Below are positions 31,801-40,742 of a DNA stretch of 64,000 nt, piece after piece; within the stretch, counting starts at the first letter, position 1; every line of letters starts with the position of its first letter. The notes beneath the pieces were generated by a model. The model was not told the DNA's origin. It worked only from the letters and a program-made list of their open reading frames with translations, and made no database searches. A program made the translations under genes and the position numbers. Source of the DNA: Myxococcales bacterium (lineage in GTDB: Bacteria; Myxococcota_A; Polyangia; Polyangiales; DASUME01); NCBI GenBank assembly GCA_047601445.1, contig JASGJH010000001.1, positions 3,200,001 to 3,264,000 on the forward strand, given 5' to 3'.

Positions 31801-32303
31801 AGCTGGCCAGCGAGCTCGCGGAGGTAGAGCCCACCACCAGCGTCGACGAGATGGTGGACGTCGAGTCGGTGTTCGCGCAGTTCAAGAAGGGCGTGGCAGC
31901 TCAAATCGCACCCGACGACTCTGACACGCACTTCGATCTCGGCATCGCCTACAAGGAAATGGGGCTCATCGACGACGCCATCCAGGAGTTCGACCTGGCG
32001 TCCAAAAACCCCAAGCGGGCCTGCACCTCACTCACCATGATCGGCACGTGTTACCTGGAGCGCGGGGACGCGCAGCAGGCCGTGACCTACTTCGAGCGTG
32101 CCCTGAACAGTCCCACCATCTCGCCGCTCGAGGCCATGGCCTTGAACTACGAGATCGGGAACGCCCAGGAGCTGCTCGGACGCCTCGATGCCGCCCTGCT
32201 CTCCTTCGAGCGCGTGGCTGGCCACGACCGCACCTTCCGCGGCGTCTCGGCGCGCATGGACGCCCTCAAGAAGCGCGGCGTCAGCGCCGCGGCCGCGCGC
32301 TGA
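28896..32303 (+). CDS. Large TPR protein, SgmX-like, with acidic/Pro-rich central linker
   Basis: N-terminal TPR array (YDKAIAEYQK, GFFLKAVAVYKQIL) and C-terminal TPRs (THFDLGIAYKEMGL); follows accC. Confidence 0.75.
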   Translation: MAVNRTKVLEAAQKFLSKNQYDKAIAEYQKLVAEDPRDVRTLLKIGDLHTRRNKPKDAIDVYLQVAELYAKQGFFLKAVAVYKQILKLEPAHLESSQRLAKMYEELGLTNDALTTYEQVADAYSREGAIPKALETMERMVELDGGNVAVRIKYAEALSRADRPRDAALAFAAGARLLKEQGRMDDYLRVVERQLYHDPENVQIARELSSLYLERSDPKRALAKLQICFKADPRDVATLEMLAEAFRQLGQVPKTVSVFKEIARLHGELGAHEAKRRTLERALELDPSDAEAKQALAGMGSLGMPAAAAKPAKPAKPVAPVVEAEDDDEVELDLDASEESAQELDDFVEDEDDDDVLLIDEESSAAVSAPGHESPEHLLERADELEAAGKYDEAERTIQKILQQRPDHEDAHERLKDLYLATDRRDDAVRELLWLSDVLTETQPERAVQHARTAYDLAPDSDTTRNRLRALGVNVELESDGLGFSPPSEPATNADEDVMFFDEPGTSDVTSSVTSSDDLRDAADDELDAILPPVSMSPPAAAEVVRPAARMGSAPPSRFDGNAPAADVLEIELRPEDFDRAPPVRVGPMDDGLWALLDHPLTPDEFRPGPSQWPEPTTVASANEIDPLDAPISPDEFDAPPPARERLSVRPRLDADDLLDRPLDNDDFGLSDSRFERSGTLGVDDSSAGLRTNPPPSSSEAVSFNSFEELGSSEITVPPPSEEVPAGPSREALLDDADLDSGHIAAAPDATVPGAPIPDLLWKSSGELDTETDDHGGGTTRDELPTAPPPPSDSEPPFESLPPPAAVPTPIPAAAVAAPAPPAVPAPPPVAAVPAPVPPAPVAAPTAEAPFVPARAPVSEPAFVAARPPSPAPAPASPFVAARPPAPAPAAEAIAPEIEEVLDEADFFASQGMMDEALEAVQEAILIYPNSQALRARLLEYEAKADAQEIAEEQAEQAEQADDSFDIAEQLASELAEVEPTTSVDEMVDVESVFAQFKKGVAAQIAPDDSDTHFDLGIAYKEMGLIDDAIQEFDLASKNPKRACTSLTMIGTCYLERGDAQQAVTYFERALNSPTISPLEAMALNYEIGNAQELLGRLDAALLSFERVAGHDRTFRGVSARMDALKKRGVSAAAAR

Positions 32304-32325
32304 CGCGCACCGGAATTGGGGCCCC

Positions 32326-32925
32326 CTAGAGGCCGAAGATCTTGATGTCGGTCTCGTAGCGCAGCGCCAAGTCGGCGAAGCATTCCCTGAATTCGTTGCC
32401 GGTGACGCAGCGCAGCTGGGCGCACTCCTCGGTGTCGTCGGCGTACTGCTGGGAGACCTCGAGCAGGGTCTTCTGGCAGGTGACCGTCAGGGCGTTGGGA
32501 TCGAGACTTCGGTCACAGGCGAACAGAAGATTGCTCAGGTCCCCGCAGTACTCTTCCTGGTCTGGTGTCAGCTTGTGGCTGGCCAACTCGCGGTGGACGC
32601 AGGCGTCGAGGTTGCAGTCTGCACCCAAGCAGACGTCTTCTCCCCGGTTGTCCAGCTCGGTAGCCCATTCGTCACAGGCGAGGCTGCCGTCGGTGACGCA
32701 CTTGGCCTTGAGCTGATAGTAGAGGTCCGAGCGGAACTCTTGCTGGCTACAGCGCTGGTCGCAATCAGCCACGTCGGTGTCGCGGAGGCACATGTCACGC
32801 CGCTCGCAGACGTTGCGACACTCCTTCACCCGAACGGTCTCCTCGTCTCCGCTGTCGCAGCCGGCGAGGGCGAACAGCAGCAGTCCCAGGCCCAGGTCGA
32901 CGGTTTGGCGCATTCTGAAAGTCAT
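32326..32925 (-). CDS. Cys-rich lipoprotein
   Basis: Lipobox LLLFALAGC; many paired cysteines. Confidence 0.7.
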   Translation of the reverse strand: MTFRMRQTVDLGLGLLLFALAGCDSGDEETVRVKECRNVCERRDMCLRDTDVADCDQRCSQQEFRSDLYYQLKAKCVTDGSLACDEWATELDNRGEDVCLGADCNLDACVHRELASHKLTPDQEEYCGDLSNLLFACDRSLDPNALTVTCQKTLLEVSQQYADDTEECAQLRCVTGNEFRECFADLALRYETDIKIFGL

Positions 32926-33056
32926 CTACTCCACCCAATCTGCCCCACGCTCGAACCGGCGCTCGGCAAGCGTGGCCAGCCTAACGCCGTATCACCCAGC
33001 CCCAAGAACAGACAAAATTCCGGCATGAAAGTCCGGGATCGGACCTGGCCAGGGAT

Positions 33057-33084
33057 TTGACGGCGGGCCCCCCCGCGCTACGCT
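33057..33084 (+). promoter_or_regulatory. Sigma70-type promoter of tRNA-Gly
   Basis: TTGACG-16 nt-TACGCT. Confidence 0.6.
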
Positions 33085-33108
33085 GACGATTCGTCGCAAG
33101 GCGAGGTT

Positions 33109-33184
<76 letters not shown>

Positions 33185-33200
33185 GAGTCCGAACAAAGAT

Positions 33201-33237
33201 GAAGCGCCCGGATGAGAACCTTCTCACCGGGCGTTTC
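33201..33237 (+). terminator. Probable terminator hairpin after tRNA-Gly
   Basis: gaagcgcccgg..tgagaa/ttctca..ccgggcgtttc. Confidence 0.6.
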
Positions 33238-33754
33238 TGCATTCGGGCATCAGACCTCACGACCACGGCTCGTGCGCGTCATGCGTCGCTGCGACCTGCA
33301 CGACGTGACTTGGCTAGCCCGCGACACGCGCAAATCGGCGCAAACGAATCTTCGTTACGCAGATGCGTGGCGAAGCGACACAACGACCCGTCGAACGTCG
33401 CATTTCGCCACGCTCATTGTCCTCAACTCGCATAGCGCATGACAGCTAATGCGGAGTCTGCTCCGCTGTTACAGACGTTCGTGCATCCACGTTCGAGTCA
33501 ACGTTACGACGTTGTGCAGCTCCAAACACAGCACGCATCGAGACGCGTCGACACCTTGAAAAACGTTCTAGCACGCTGCTTTTTCGCGCATTTGGGGAGC
33601 TTGAAAGCTTTCCAAACCAAACTCGTCGTTGTATGAGCGAACACTAGGAACGGCTGTTCGCGTTACTGCACGGCAACGTTCTCCTGCGCATGTCCGACTA
33701 ACTTTCGCGCAACGCACCACGTCACACCGCGCTCGCGCGTTCGAGAGGAAGCCC

Positions 33755-34285
33755 ATGGCCGCGAAGAAGAAGACCACCAAACCTTATGGCAACAAGACGA
33801 AGTTCGTCATGGGTCTGCCGCGAGAGCTGTCTGCGAAGCAAGTCGTAGAGAAGGCCAAGCAGCAGGGCATCACGATCACCGAAGCGCACGTCTACAAGAT
33901 TCGCTCCACGGCCAAGAGCAAGCCCGCTGCCAAGCCCGCGAAGGGCGGTCGCTCTTCCGGCAAGGCCGCCGCGAGCGTTGGCTCCGACGGACTCTCCAAG
34001 CGCGAGTTCGTGCTCAGCTTCGGACCCGAGACGCCCGCATCCGAGATCCTCAAGAAGGCCAAGGAAGCAGGACTCGGTCTTTCCAAGGCCTACCTCTACA
34101 CGATTCGCAGCTCGAGCGGCGCGACGCAAAAGCGCGGCGCCAGCGCGGGCCGTGCTGCAGGTGCGCGTCGCGGCTCCGTGTCGTCGCTCGAGAGCCAGTT
34201 CATCGATGCCGCCATCGACATGGGCCTGGCCAAGGCCGGCGAGCTCCTGGAGCGCCTGCGCGCTCGCCTCAAGGAAGGCCTCTGA
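33755..34285 (+). CDS. Small basic protein with two tandem ~40 aa repeats; candidate nucleoid-associated protein
   Basis: RBS gagagga; repeats NKTKFV..AKQQGITITEAHVYKIRS and SKREFV..AKEAGLGLSKAYLYTIRS; K/A/R-rich linkers. Confidence 0.75.
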   Translation: MAAKKKTTKPYGNKTKFVMGLPRELSAKQVVEKAKQQGITITEAHVYKIRSTAKSKPAAKPAKGGRSSGKAAASVGSDGLSKREFVLSFGPETPASEILKKAKEAGLGLSKAYLYTIRSSSGATQKRGASAGRAAGARRGSVSSLESQFIDAAIDMGLAKAGELLERLRARLKEGL

Positions 34286-34292
34286 AGAAGCC

Positions 34293-35789
34293 TCAGCTGG
34301 CCAGGTAGCGTCGCTCGACGTGCCGCTTGAATGCGGCAGTCCCGAGCTCCTGGCCGCTCGCTCCTTCGATGAGCTCCGCCGTCTCGAGCGTGCTCGCCTT
34401 GCTCCACACGCGCTCGCCCAAAAATTGGTTGAGCGGTCCCATCTCGCCGCGCGCGATGTCGGACTCCAATGTGGGCAGCGCGAGCGTCGCAGCTTCGAAC
34501 AACTGCGCCGCGATGAGCGCGCCAAGCGTGTAACTCGGGAAGTAGCCAAAGGCCCCGGAGGGCCAGTGCACATCCTGCATGCAGCCGTCGCGGTAGTTCC
34601 CGCGCGTGGAGAGGCCCAAGCTGCGCTGCATGCTCTCGTCCCACACGCCCGGAATGTCGCGCGGCTCGAGCTGCCCCTCGATCAATGCGCGCTCGAGCCG
34701 ATAGCGCAGGATCACGTGTAGCGGATAGGTAACCTCGTCGGCGTCCACGCGGATGAAGCCGGGCTTCACGCGGATGTAGAGCCGGAACAGACTCTCGGGC
34801 TCGAAGGCCTGTGGGGTCTTGCGCGCGGCCTCTCCGAAGATGCGCGCGAGAATGGGACCGGCAAAGCGTAGGAAGGGAAGCCCGCGGCAGATCTGCATCT
34901 CCTGGAACAGGCTCTGACTCTCGTGCACGCCCATGCTGCGGGCCTGACCCACGGGCAACCCATCGAGCTCACGCGGCAGGCCCTGTTCGTACTTGGCGTG
35001 TCCGGTCTCGTGCAGCACGCCCATCAGGGATTCGGTAAAGTCTTCCTCGTTGTAGCGGGTGGTGATTCGAACGTCGCTCGGCACGCCTCCGCAGAACGGA
35101 TGATGACTGGTGTCCAGGCGTCCGTGCTGAAAGTCGAAGCCCAGCGCGGCCATCAGCTCGAGCCCGGCGGCCCGCTGGCGCTCGATTGGGAAGGGCCCCT
35201 CGGCGCGCGGAGTGGACTGGCCGGCCTGGCGCTCAACGATCTCGCGGATGCGCTCGGGCAGCCAACTCGATAGGTCCTCGAACAATCCGTCGATGACCTC
35301 GCTGCGCATGCCCGGCTCGAAGGCGTCCATCAGGGCGTCGTAGGGAGACAGCCCGAGCTTCTGGGCGAGGATGCTGGCCTCCTCGCGCTTGAGACGCACC
35401 ACTTCGCTCAAGAGAGGAAGGTGGCCCTCCCAATCCTGATTCTTGCGTTGGCTACGCCAGGCTTGCTCGCAGCGCAGTTGGGCTCGGCTCTGGGCTTCGA
35501 CCAGCTCCGAAGGCAGCGCGGTCGCCCGCGTGTGGGCGCGACGCACCTCGCGCAGGTTGGCGCGCCCGAGGGCGTCGAGTGTCTCGCGCTCCGCCGCCGC
35601 CAGCCAGGTCGCGATCCGGGGGTCACTGGCGCCTTGATGGATGAGCCCCTCCAGGCTGGCCATGGCGTCCGCCCGTGCATCACCCGCCCCGGGGGGCATC
35701 ATCACGGCTTCGTCCCAGCCCACGATGCGAGACACGTGAACGAGCTGATTTAGCTTGCGATAGTGTGAGGTTAGGTCGTGGTAGGTCAC
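34293..35789 (-). CDS. Carboxypeptidase M32 (Taq type)
   Basis: HPFC, DVRITTR, HETGH, HESQS, IRVDADEVTY, DVHW, GYFPSY. Confidence 0.95.
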   Translation of the reverse strand: MTYHDLTSHYRKLNQLVHVSRIVGWDEAVMMPPGAGDARADAMASLEGLIHQGASDPRIATWLAAAERETLDALGRANLREVRRAHTRATALPSELVEAQSRAQLRCEQAWRSQRKNQDWEGHLPLLSEVVRLKREEASILAQKLGLSPYDALMDAFEPGMRSEVIDGLFEDLSSWLPERIREIVERQAGQSTPRAEGPFPIERQRAAGLELMAALGFDFQHGRLDTSHHPFCGGVPSDVRITTRYNEEDFTESLMGVLHETGHAKYEQGLPRELDGLPVGQARSMGVHESQSLFQEMQICRGLPFLRFAGPILARIFGEAARKTPQAFEPESLFRLYIRVKPGFIRVDADEVTYPLHVILRYRLERALIEGQLEPRDIPGVWDESMQRSLGLSTRGNYRDGCMQDVHWPSGAFGYFPSYTLGALIAAQLFEAATLALPTLESDIARGEMGPLNQFLGERVWSKASTLETAELIEGASGQELGTAAFKRHVERRYLAS

Positions 35790-35974
35790 GGACGGGGCCC
35801 CTTTCAGGCGATTTCAGGCGATGTGCGGTGGGCGGTCTGGGCACGCAATGGATGGAGATCCACAGAAAAGCCCATGATAACCTAGCCGGCGGCAGGCCAA
35901 ATCCCGCGCCCATGCGTCGAATATGGGAATCCGCCCCGCCCTACCTCAACCCTCGCCCGGTCCGTACCCCGCCG

Positions 35975-36658
35975 ATGCCTCCGAATTTCTTCCCTCCTCC
36001 GTTGACTGCGGCCGAACGGCGCGCACGCGACGCCGACGTGCTGGTGGCAGCCGCACGTGAGGGAGACCCGCAGGCTTTCGACGCGCTGGTGCGCCGCTTC
36101 CGCCCTCGCATCTACGCGCTGGCCTTGCACCTGAGCGGTAGCGCCAGCGACGCCGACGACATCACGCAGGACGTGTTCGTCAACGCTTACCGTCACATCA
36201 GGCACTTCGAGGGACGCAGTCACTTCTTCACCTGGCTCTATCGCATCGCGATGAACCGCGCGCTCAACGCCGAGCGCCAACGCGGCAAGCGCGCCAACGT
36301 TCCGTTCGACGACGTGCGCGTCGAGGTCGCCATGCGCGTGGACGCCCCGAGCGATCCGCGCCTCGCGCTCGAGCTGCGCGAGACCTACGCTGCCCTGCTG
36401 CGTGGGCTGGACGAGCTCTCGCCCGGGCTCAAGAGTGCCGTCGTCCTGGTTTCGCTGCAGGGCTTCTCCCACGAAGAAGCTGCGGTGGTGCTCGGTACCA
36501 CGGAGAACGCGCTCGCGGTACGCATGCACGAGGCGCGCAAGCAGCTGCGAGCCGCGCTCGAGGCGGGCCAGCGTCGTCGCGCCACGGGCAAGGCCGCCGA
36601 GCGGCGCGAGGGCGGGTTCAACCTCGAACTCGCCCTCACGCTGGCTGGCATCATCTAA
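35975..36658 (+). CDS. ECF sigma-70 factor
   Basis: DADDITQDVF, FFTWLYRIAMN, region 4 GFSHEEAAVVLG; start uncertain. Confidence 0.9.
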   Translation: MPPNFFPPPLTAAERRARDADVLVAAAREGDPQAFDALVRRFRPRIYALALHLSGSASDADDITQDVFVNAYRHIRHFEGRSHFFTWLYRIAMNRALNAERQRGKRANVPFDDVRVEVAMRVDAPSDPRLALELRETYAALLRGLDELSPGLKSAVVLVSLQGFSHEEAAVVLGTTENALAVRMHEARKQLRAALEAGQRRRATGKAAERREGGFNLELALTLAGII

Positions 36659-36694
36659 CGCTGGCCCTCGCGACGCACCGAGCTTGCGCGGGTA

Positions 36695-38029
36695 TCACTT
36701 TCCGAGTTGTCGCTCGAGGAACTCGATTTGCCGCGCCCGCGAAGCACCGGGCGGCGCGTACTTCTCGGCCTTGCGGTAGAGCGTGAGCGCCTGCGCGGTC
36801 TGGCCAAGGCGCGAAATCTCCCCCGCCCAACGCCGATAAAAATCGAAGCGCACGGGCGTCAGCGTCAGCGCACACCACAACGAAGCGCAGGCCACCACGG
36901 CCGAGAGCGCCCAGCGCTCTGGGGCGCCTGCCTCTGAACGCACATGGCGCCCCGCGAGCACGGCTACGAGCCAGAGTGACGTGGCGCCACAGGCCACGAT
37001 GGCACCCGGCAGATCGAGCCCGACCCCGCACGCCAGCATGAGCCCGCTCAAGGCCACCGCGTACAGCCACCAGGGCGCAGCCGGCCCGTTCTCATCGACC
37101 AATAGACGGCCGAGCGGTAACAGCGCGCGCGCGAGTCGGCGCGTCGGCCACGCCAACCACGCGCTCGGCGCGAGCAACACGCAGCTCACCCAGAGCATGT
37201 AGTAGCTGAACCAACCGATCTCGAAGACCCCGGTCAGCTCGGTCCCGAGGTGGAATGCCACGGCCGCCGCGAGGCCCACGCCACAGATCCATGCACGCGG
37301 CCCGCGCACACCCGCTTGGTCGCGCCCGGGTGAGACCGCGTAGGCCAGCGCCACCACGAGCTGCAACACGAGCAGAGACAGGGAGAACCAGGCCAGGATC
37401 CGCTGGGCAGGCATCTCGAGCAGCGAGCTCGCCCAATCCCTCAGCTGGGCCACGGGGTTCTGGGCGCCCTCCTTGCCGGCCGGGATGAGCCTCGCCAACA
37501 CGGCGCCGCTGCGCCACTCGGGCGAGCTCTTGGAGACCGCGGTGAAGCTGTAGACGATGGCACAGCTGAACGCGGTGAGCGTGAGCCCGACCGCTCGCAC
37601 CGGGGCTGGCTGATCCTCGACCAGTTCGTGGCTCGCCGGCTCCGGGACGAAGGCGGCCCAGAGCAGCAGCCAGGAGAGCAGGTAATGATGCTGGTAGCTG
37701 TCGTGGAGGCTGATCGCCCAGGAGAACGTGTAGAGCCCGGCCAGCAAGAGGCGCGCCGGGCGCGAAGCCCGCACGAACGTCAGGATCAGCGAAAGCAAGC
37801 CGGCGCAGATGAGTAGCCCCACGTAGAGTGCCGGCGAAGGCACTCCGACCAGGGCGTCGAGCCAGGAAAAGTGCGCGACGTTGAAGTCGCCGGCGCCGTA
37901 GCGACCGCCGTGCTCGAGCATCACGAGCCAGGCATCGAAGGCCAAGAGCAGATAGAGCCCACGCCGCAGCAGGAACGCTCGCGCAGGGTGATAGAGCGCA
38001 ACGAAAGGAGCTTCGAGCCGGAACGACAT
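36695..38029 (-). CDS. HTTM / vitamin K-dependent gamma-carboxylase-like membrane protein
   Basis: YQHHYL, IVYSFTAVSKSSPEWRSG, FHL...IGWFSY motifs; multiple TM helices. Confidence 0.75.
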   Translation of the reverse strand: MSFRLEAPFVALYHPARAFLLRRGLYLLLAFDAWLVMLEHGGRYGAGDFNVAHFSWLDALVGVPSPALYVGLLICAGLLSLILTFVRASRPARLLLAGLYTFSWAISLHDSYQHHYLLSWLLLWAAFVPEPASHELVEDQPAPVRAVGLTLTAFSCAIVYSFTAVSKSSPEWRSGAVLARLIPAGKEGAQNPVAQLRDWASSLLEMPAQRILAWFSLSLLVLQLVVALAYAVSPGRDQAGVRGPRAWICGVGLAAAVAFHLGTELTGVFEIGWFSYYMLWVSCVLLAPSAWLAWPTRRLARALLPLGRLLVDENGPAAPWWLYAVALSGLMLACGVGLDLPGAIVACGATSLWLVAVLAGRHVRSEAGAPERWALSAVVACASLWCALTLTPVRFDFYRRWAGEISRLGQTAQALTLYRKAEKYAPPGASRARQIEFLERQLGK

Positions 38030-38031
38030 GG

Positions 38032-38445
38032 CTACGGAATCTCCTGCTGGCGCAAGACTTGGCTGGCGCAGGCGTACTCGTAGACCTCGCGCTCGTAGAT
38101 GCGCGAGTCGTCGACGCCTTCACAGCGTCGCTCGAGCGTGACCTGCGACACGCTTGGGCTGCAGCGGCTGCTCAGGAAGCGCTCGATGACGCGCTCGCGG
38201 CCGCGCTCGATGGCGTGGACCCAGCTTCCATGGAGAGCGCCGCGCAGCGGAACGCTGCGGTTGCGCAGCTGCTCACCATGCTCGCGGGCACTCACCGAAC
38301 AGTGCTTGAGGCGCACACCCGAGAACATGCGCCAGGCAAAGCGCTCGTCATCCAGGTTGGCGCTGCGCAGGTAATAGCTAGCGGGGATCGCGATCTGCAG
38401 CGCGACCACCAACCACCACCACGCATAACGACGGTCGGCCGCCAC
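38032..38445 (-). CDS. Hypothetical membrane-anchored protein (HTTM partner-like)
   Basis: N-terminal TM, DERFAWRMFS motif, four Cys; ends 2 nt before the HTTM start. Confidence 0.7.
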   Translation of the reverse strand: MAADRRYAWWWLVVALQIAIPASYYLRSANLDDERFAWRMFSGVRLKHCSVSAREHGEQLRNRSVPLRGALHGSWVHAIERGRERVIERFLSSRCSPSVSQVTLERRCEGVDDSRIYEREVYEYACASQVLRQQEIP

Positions 38446-38522
38446 TGGCTACACCGCGGCCGGATCGTCGCACTCGAAGGGGCGAACGGAGGGCTCGCGC
38501 CAACCGTCCGCCCTGCGCCAGC

Positions 38523-39620
38523 TCACTTCTTCTTGCCAGGCTTGGCGGACTTCTTGGCAGCCGCGGGAGCCACAGACTTCTTGGCAGCCGCGGGAGCCAC
38601 GGACTTCTTGGCAGCTGCGGGAGCCAGCGACTTCTTGGCAGCCGCGGGAGCCGGCATGGACTTCTTGCCGGTGGGCGCCTTCTTGGCCGGAGCCGGAGCT
38701 GTCTTCTTGGAAGGTGCGGGGACTGGGGCCTTCTTGGCCGGAGCAGCAGCCTTGGGCGCTGCCTTCTTGGCGGGGGCAGGCGCGGCAGCCTTGGCCTTGG
38801 GCGCCGGTGCACCAGCTTTGCCCTTGGGCGCCGGTGCAGCTTTGCCCTTGGGCGCCGGTGCAGCTTTGCCCTTGGGCGCCGGTGCAGCAGCCTTGGCAGC
38901 GGGTGCAGCCTTGCCCTTGGGCGCCGGTGCAGCCTTGGCCTTGGCAGCGGGTGCAGCCTTGGCAGCGGGTGCAGCCTTGGCAGCGGGTGCAGCCTTGGCA
39001 GCGGGTACAGCCTTGGCAGCGGGTGCAGCAGCCTTGGCCTTCGCGGGCTTCTCGACCTTCGCGGGCTTCTCGGCCTTCTTTGGCTCAGGAGCCTTCGGCA
39101 GCTCAACGACCTTCTCGGCCTTGGCCTTCTTGCCCTTGGCAGCCTTGGGCTCCGCCGGCGCAACCGCCTCGACAGCCTTGGGCGCCTTCTCCTTCTTCTT
39201 GGGAGTTCCCTTCAACGTGGAGGGAACGGGACCTTCGACGGGCGTCACGGCTGGACCGGAGGCGGCTGCCGCGTAGTCCTGCGCGGGCGGCTCTTCCTCG
39301 TCATCCGCGGAGAATTTCGCCTCGAACTCGTCTTCTTCGACGATGCCACCACCGCCGCCTTCGCCATCGGCGGACTCGATGAAGGTACCCGGGTCGTCGT
39401 CCTCTTCGTCGTCGCCCCAGTAACCGCGCTCGTCGAGGGGCTCGTCGTCCTCGTCGCCGTAGTCGTCGGAATCGCCCTCTTCTTCGCCTTCCATGTCGTC
39501 CATGCGGCGTCTCGGGGGGGGGCCCTGCTCGTCCGAATACGCGCCATGCAGCTCTGAGCCTTCAGACATCGCACCAAACTCTGTCTCGCCGAACTCTGAC
39601 TCGCCGAGCTTCGAACTCAT
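38523..39620 (-). CDS. Bipolar low-complexity protein: D/E-rich N-terminus plus histone H1-like K/A/P-repeat C-terminus
   Basis: Acidic tracts EGEEEGDSDDYGDEDDE, then repeats AAKAAP, APKGKAAP, APAAAKKS; RBS ggagg before ATG at 39620. Confidence 0.8.
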   Translation of the reverse strand: MSSKLGESEFGETEFGAMSEGSELHGAYSDEQGPPPRRRMDDMEGEEEGDSDDYGDEDDEPLDERGYWGDDEEDDDPGTFIESADGEGGGGGIVEEDEFEAKFSADDEEEPPAQDYAAAASGPAVTPVEGPVPSTLKGTPKKKEKAPKAVEAVAPAEPKAAKGKKAKAEKVVELPKAPEPKKAEKPAKVEKPAKAKAAAPAAKAVPAAKAAPAAKAAPAAKAAPAAKAKAAPAPKGKAAPAAKAAAPAPKGKAAPAPKGKAAPAPKGKAGAPAPKAKAAAPAPAKKAAPKAAAPAKKAPVPAPSKKTAPAPAKKAPTGKKSMPAPAAAKKSLAPAAAKKSVAPAAAKKSVAPAAAKKSAKPGKKK

Positions 39621-39926
39621 GGCTTCCTCCGTACGCAGTGCTTCGGTCACACCCCTCCTCCTTGCGATCAAACGTCGGCGGACTGTGTGCTCACATGGGA
39701 TACGAGCACAAACGAGGCATGGCTGAAAGTCTCTTGCGTTGCTCCTTAGCGATTTTCAGACACTGCGCCACACTGCTTCGCTCAGTTTTCGTCACGTGGC
39801 ATGCCCGCATGCATTCGCTTCGGCAGGTGGACCGCGCGCTCGAATTCGTGAGTTTTCCCGGAATCCGCGGGCGGATCACCCTCTGGTCCGCGCGCGGTTC
39901 CCCGCACGAGAGACGATCTGACAGCC

Positions 39927-40469
39927 ATGTACGTAGCCCCGTTCGACATGCCCCTGCAGGAGATCCGGAGTGAGCTCGATCGCCTGCGAACGCCCCTTCG
40001 GATCGCCGTCCAACGCTCGAAAAATCCGTTCAACGTGGGGGCCATCATCCGGGTGGCCCACTCGTTCCTGGTGCGCGAGATCGTGCTGATCGGCGAGGAG
40101 CCCTACTACGAGCGGGCCTCGATGGGCATGGAGAAGTACGAGAACATCACGCTCGTCCCCGACGAACAGACCTTCCTGGAACAGGCGCGAGCGCAAGCCT
40201 GGCGTCTGGTCGCCATCGAAAAGGACCACCCGAAGGTCCAGGGCCTGTGGGACTACAGCTTTCCCACCGAGGATTGCGTGCTGGTGTTCGGCAGCGAGAA
40301 CCACGGGCTGACCCCCGAGATCCTCGCCGCCTCGGAGGCCGTGGTGGCGATCCCGATGTTCGGGATCAACCACAGCTACCCGGTCTCGGTGGCCGCCGGC
40401 ATCACGATGGCGGAGTGGTCACGGAGGTACTGGTCCGGGTCGCGACTGATCACGGGTGGGAGGCCGTGA
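39927..40469 (+). CDS. TrmH/SpoU family RNA methyltransferase
   Basis: NPFNVGAIIR, VFGSENHGL, IPMFGINHSYPVSVAAGI. Confidence 0.9.
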   Translation: MYVAPFDMPLQEIRSELDRLRTPLRIAVQRSKNPFNVGAIIRVAHSFLVREIVLIGEEPYYERASMGMEKYENITLVPDEQTFLEQARAQAWRLVAIEKDHPKVQGLWDYSFPTEDCVLVFGSENHGLTPEILAASEAVVAIPMFGINHSYPVSVAAGITMAEWSRRYWSGSRLITGGRP

Positions 40470-40491
40470 GCGTCAAAGGCTCATTCCTTCC

Positions 40492-40519
40492 TTGCCAAAC
40501 ATGGCGCCACCACTACACT
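40492..40519 (+). promoter_or_regulatory. Sigma70-type promoter of tRNA-His
   Basis: TTGCCA-16 nt-TACACT. Confidence 0.65.
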
Positions 40520-40533
40520 CCGCCCTCACTTTT

Positions 40534-40609
40534 GGTGGGTGTAGCTCAGTGGCAGAGCACTGGATTGTGGCTCCGGGTGTCGCGGGTTCAATTCCCGTCA
40601 TCCACCCCA
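40534..40609 (+). tRNA. tRNA-His (GTG)
   Basis: G-1, GTGGGTG/CATCCAC acceptor, C73, CCA, loop TT-GTG-GC. Confidence 0.95.
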
Positions 40610-40640
40610 AATGTGACGGTAGCGGCAGCGCTATCGTCGG

Positions 40641-40668
40641 TTGACAGCAAAAGAATCTGGAGTAAAAG
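40641..40668 (+). promoter_or_regulatory. Possible second promoter upstream of tRNA-Arg
   Basis: TTGACA-16 nt-TAAAAG (imperfect -10). Confidence 0.4.
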
Positions 40669-40742
40669 CCGGCCGCTCGGCTCTCTGTGACAGCTCGATG
40701 AAAATCGGGTGTTGGCACAGCCTGCTAGCTCGGTCGCGGTAA

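Noticed and set aside
38530..39200. Tandem DNA repeats as a possible CRISPR array
   Set aside because: Repeat lengths are multiples of 3, coding, with no unique spacers and no cas genes
38059..39276. 405 aa Ala/Gly/Leu repeat ORF on the plus strand
   Set aside because: It is the reverse complement of the K/A/P-repeat gene
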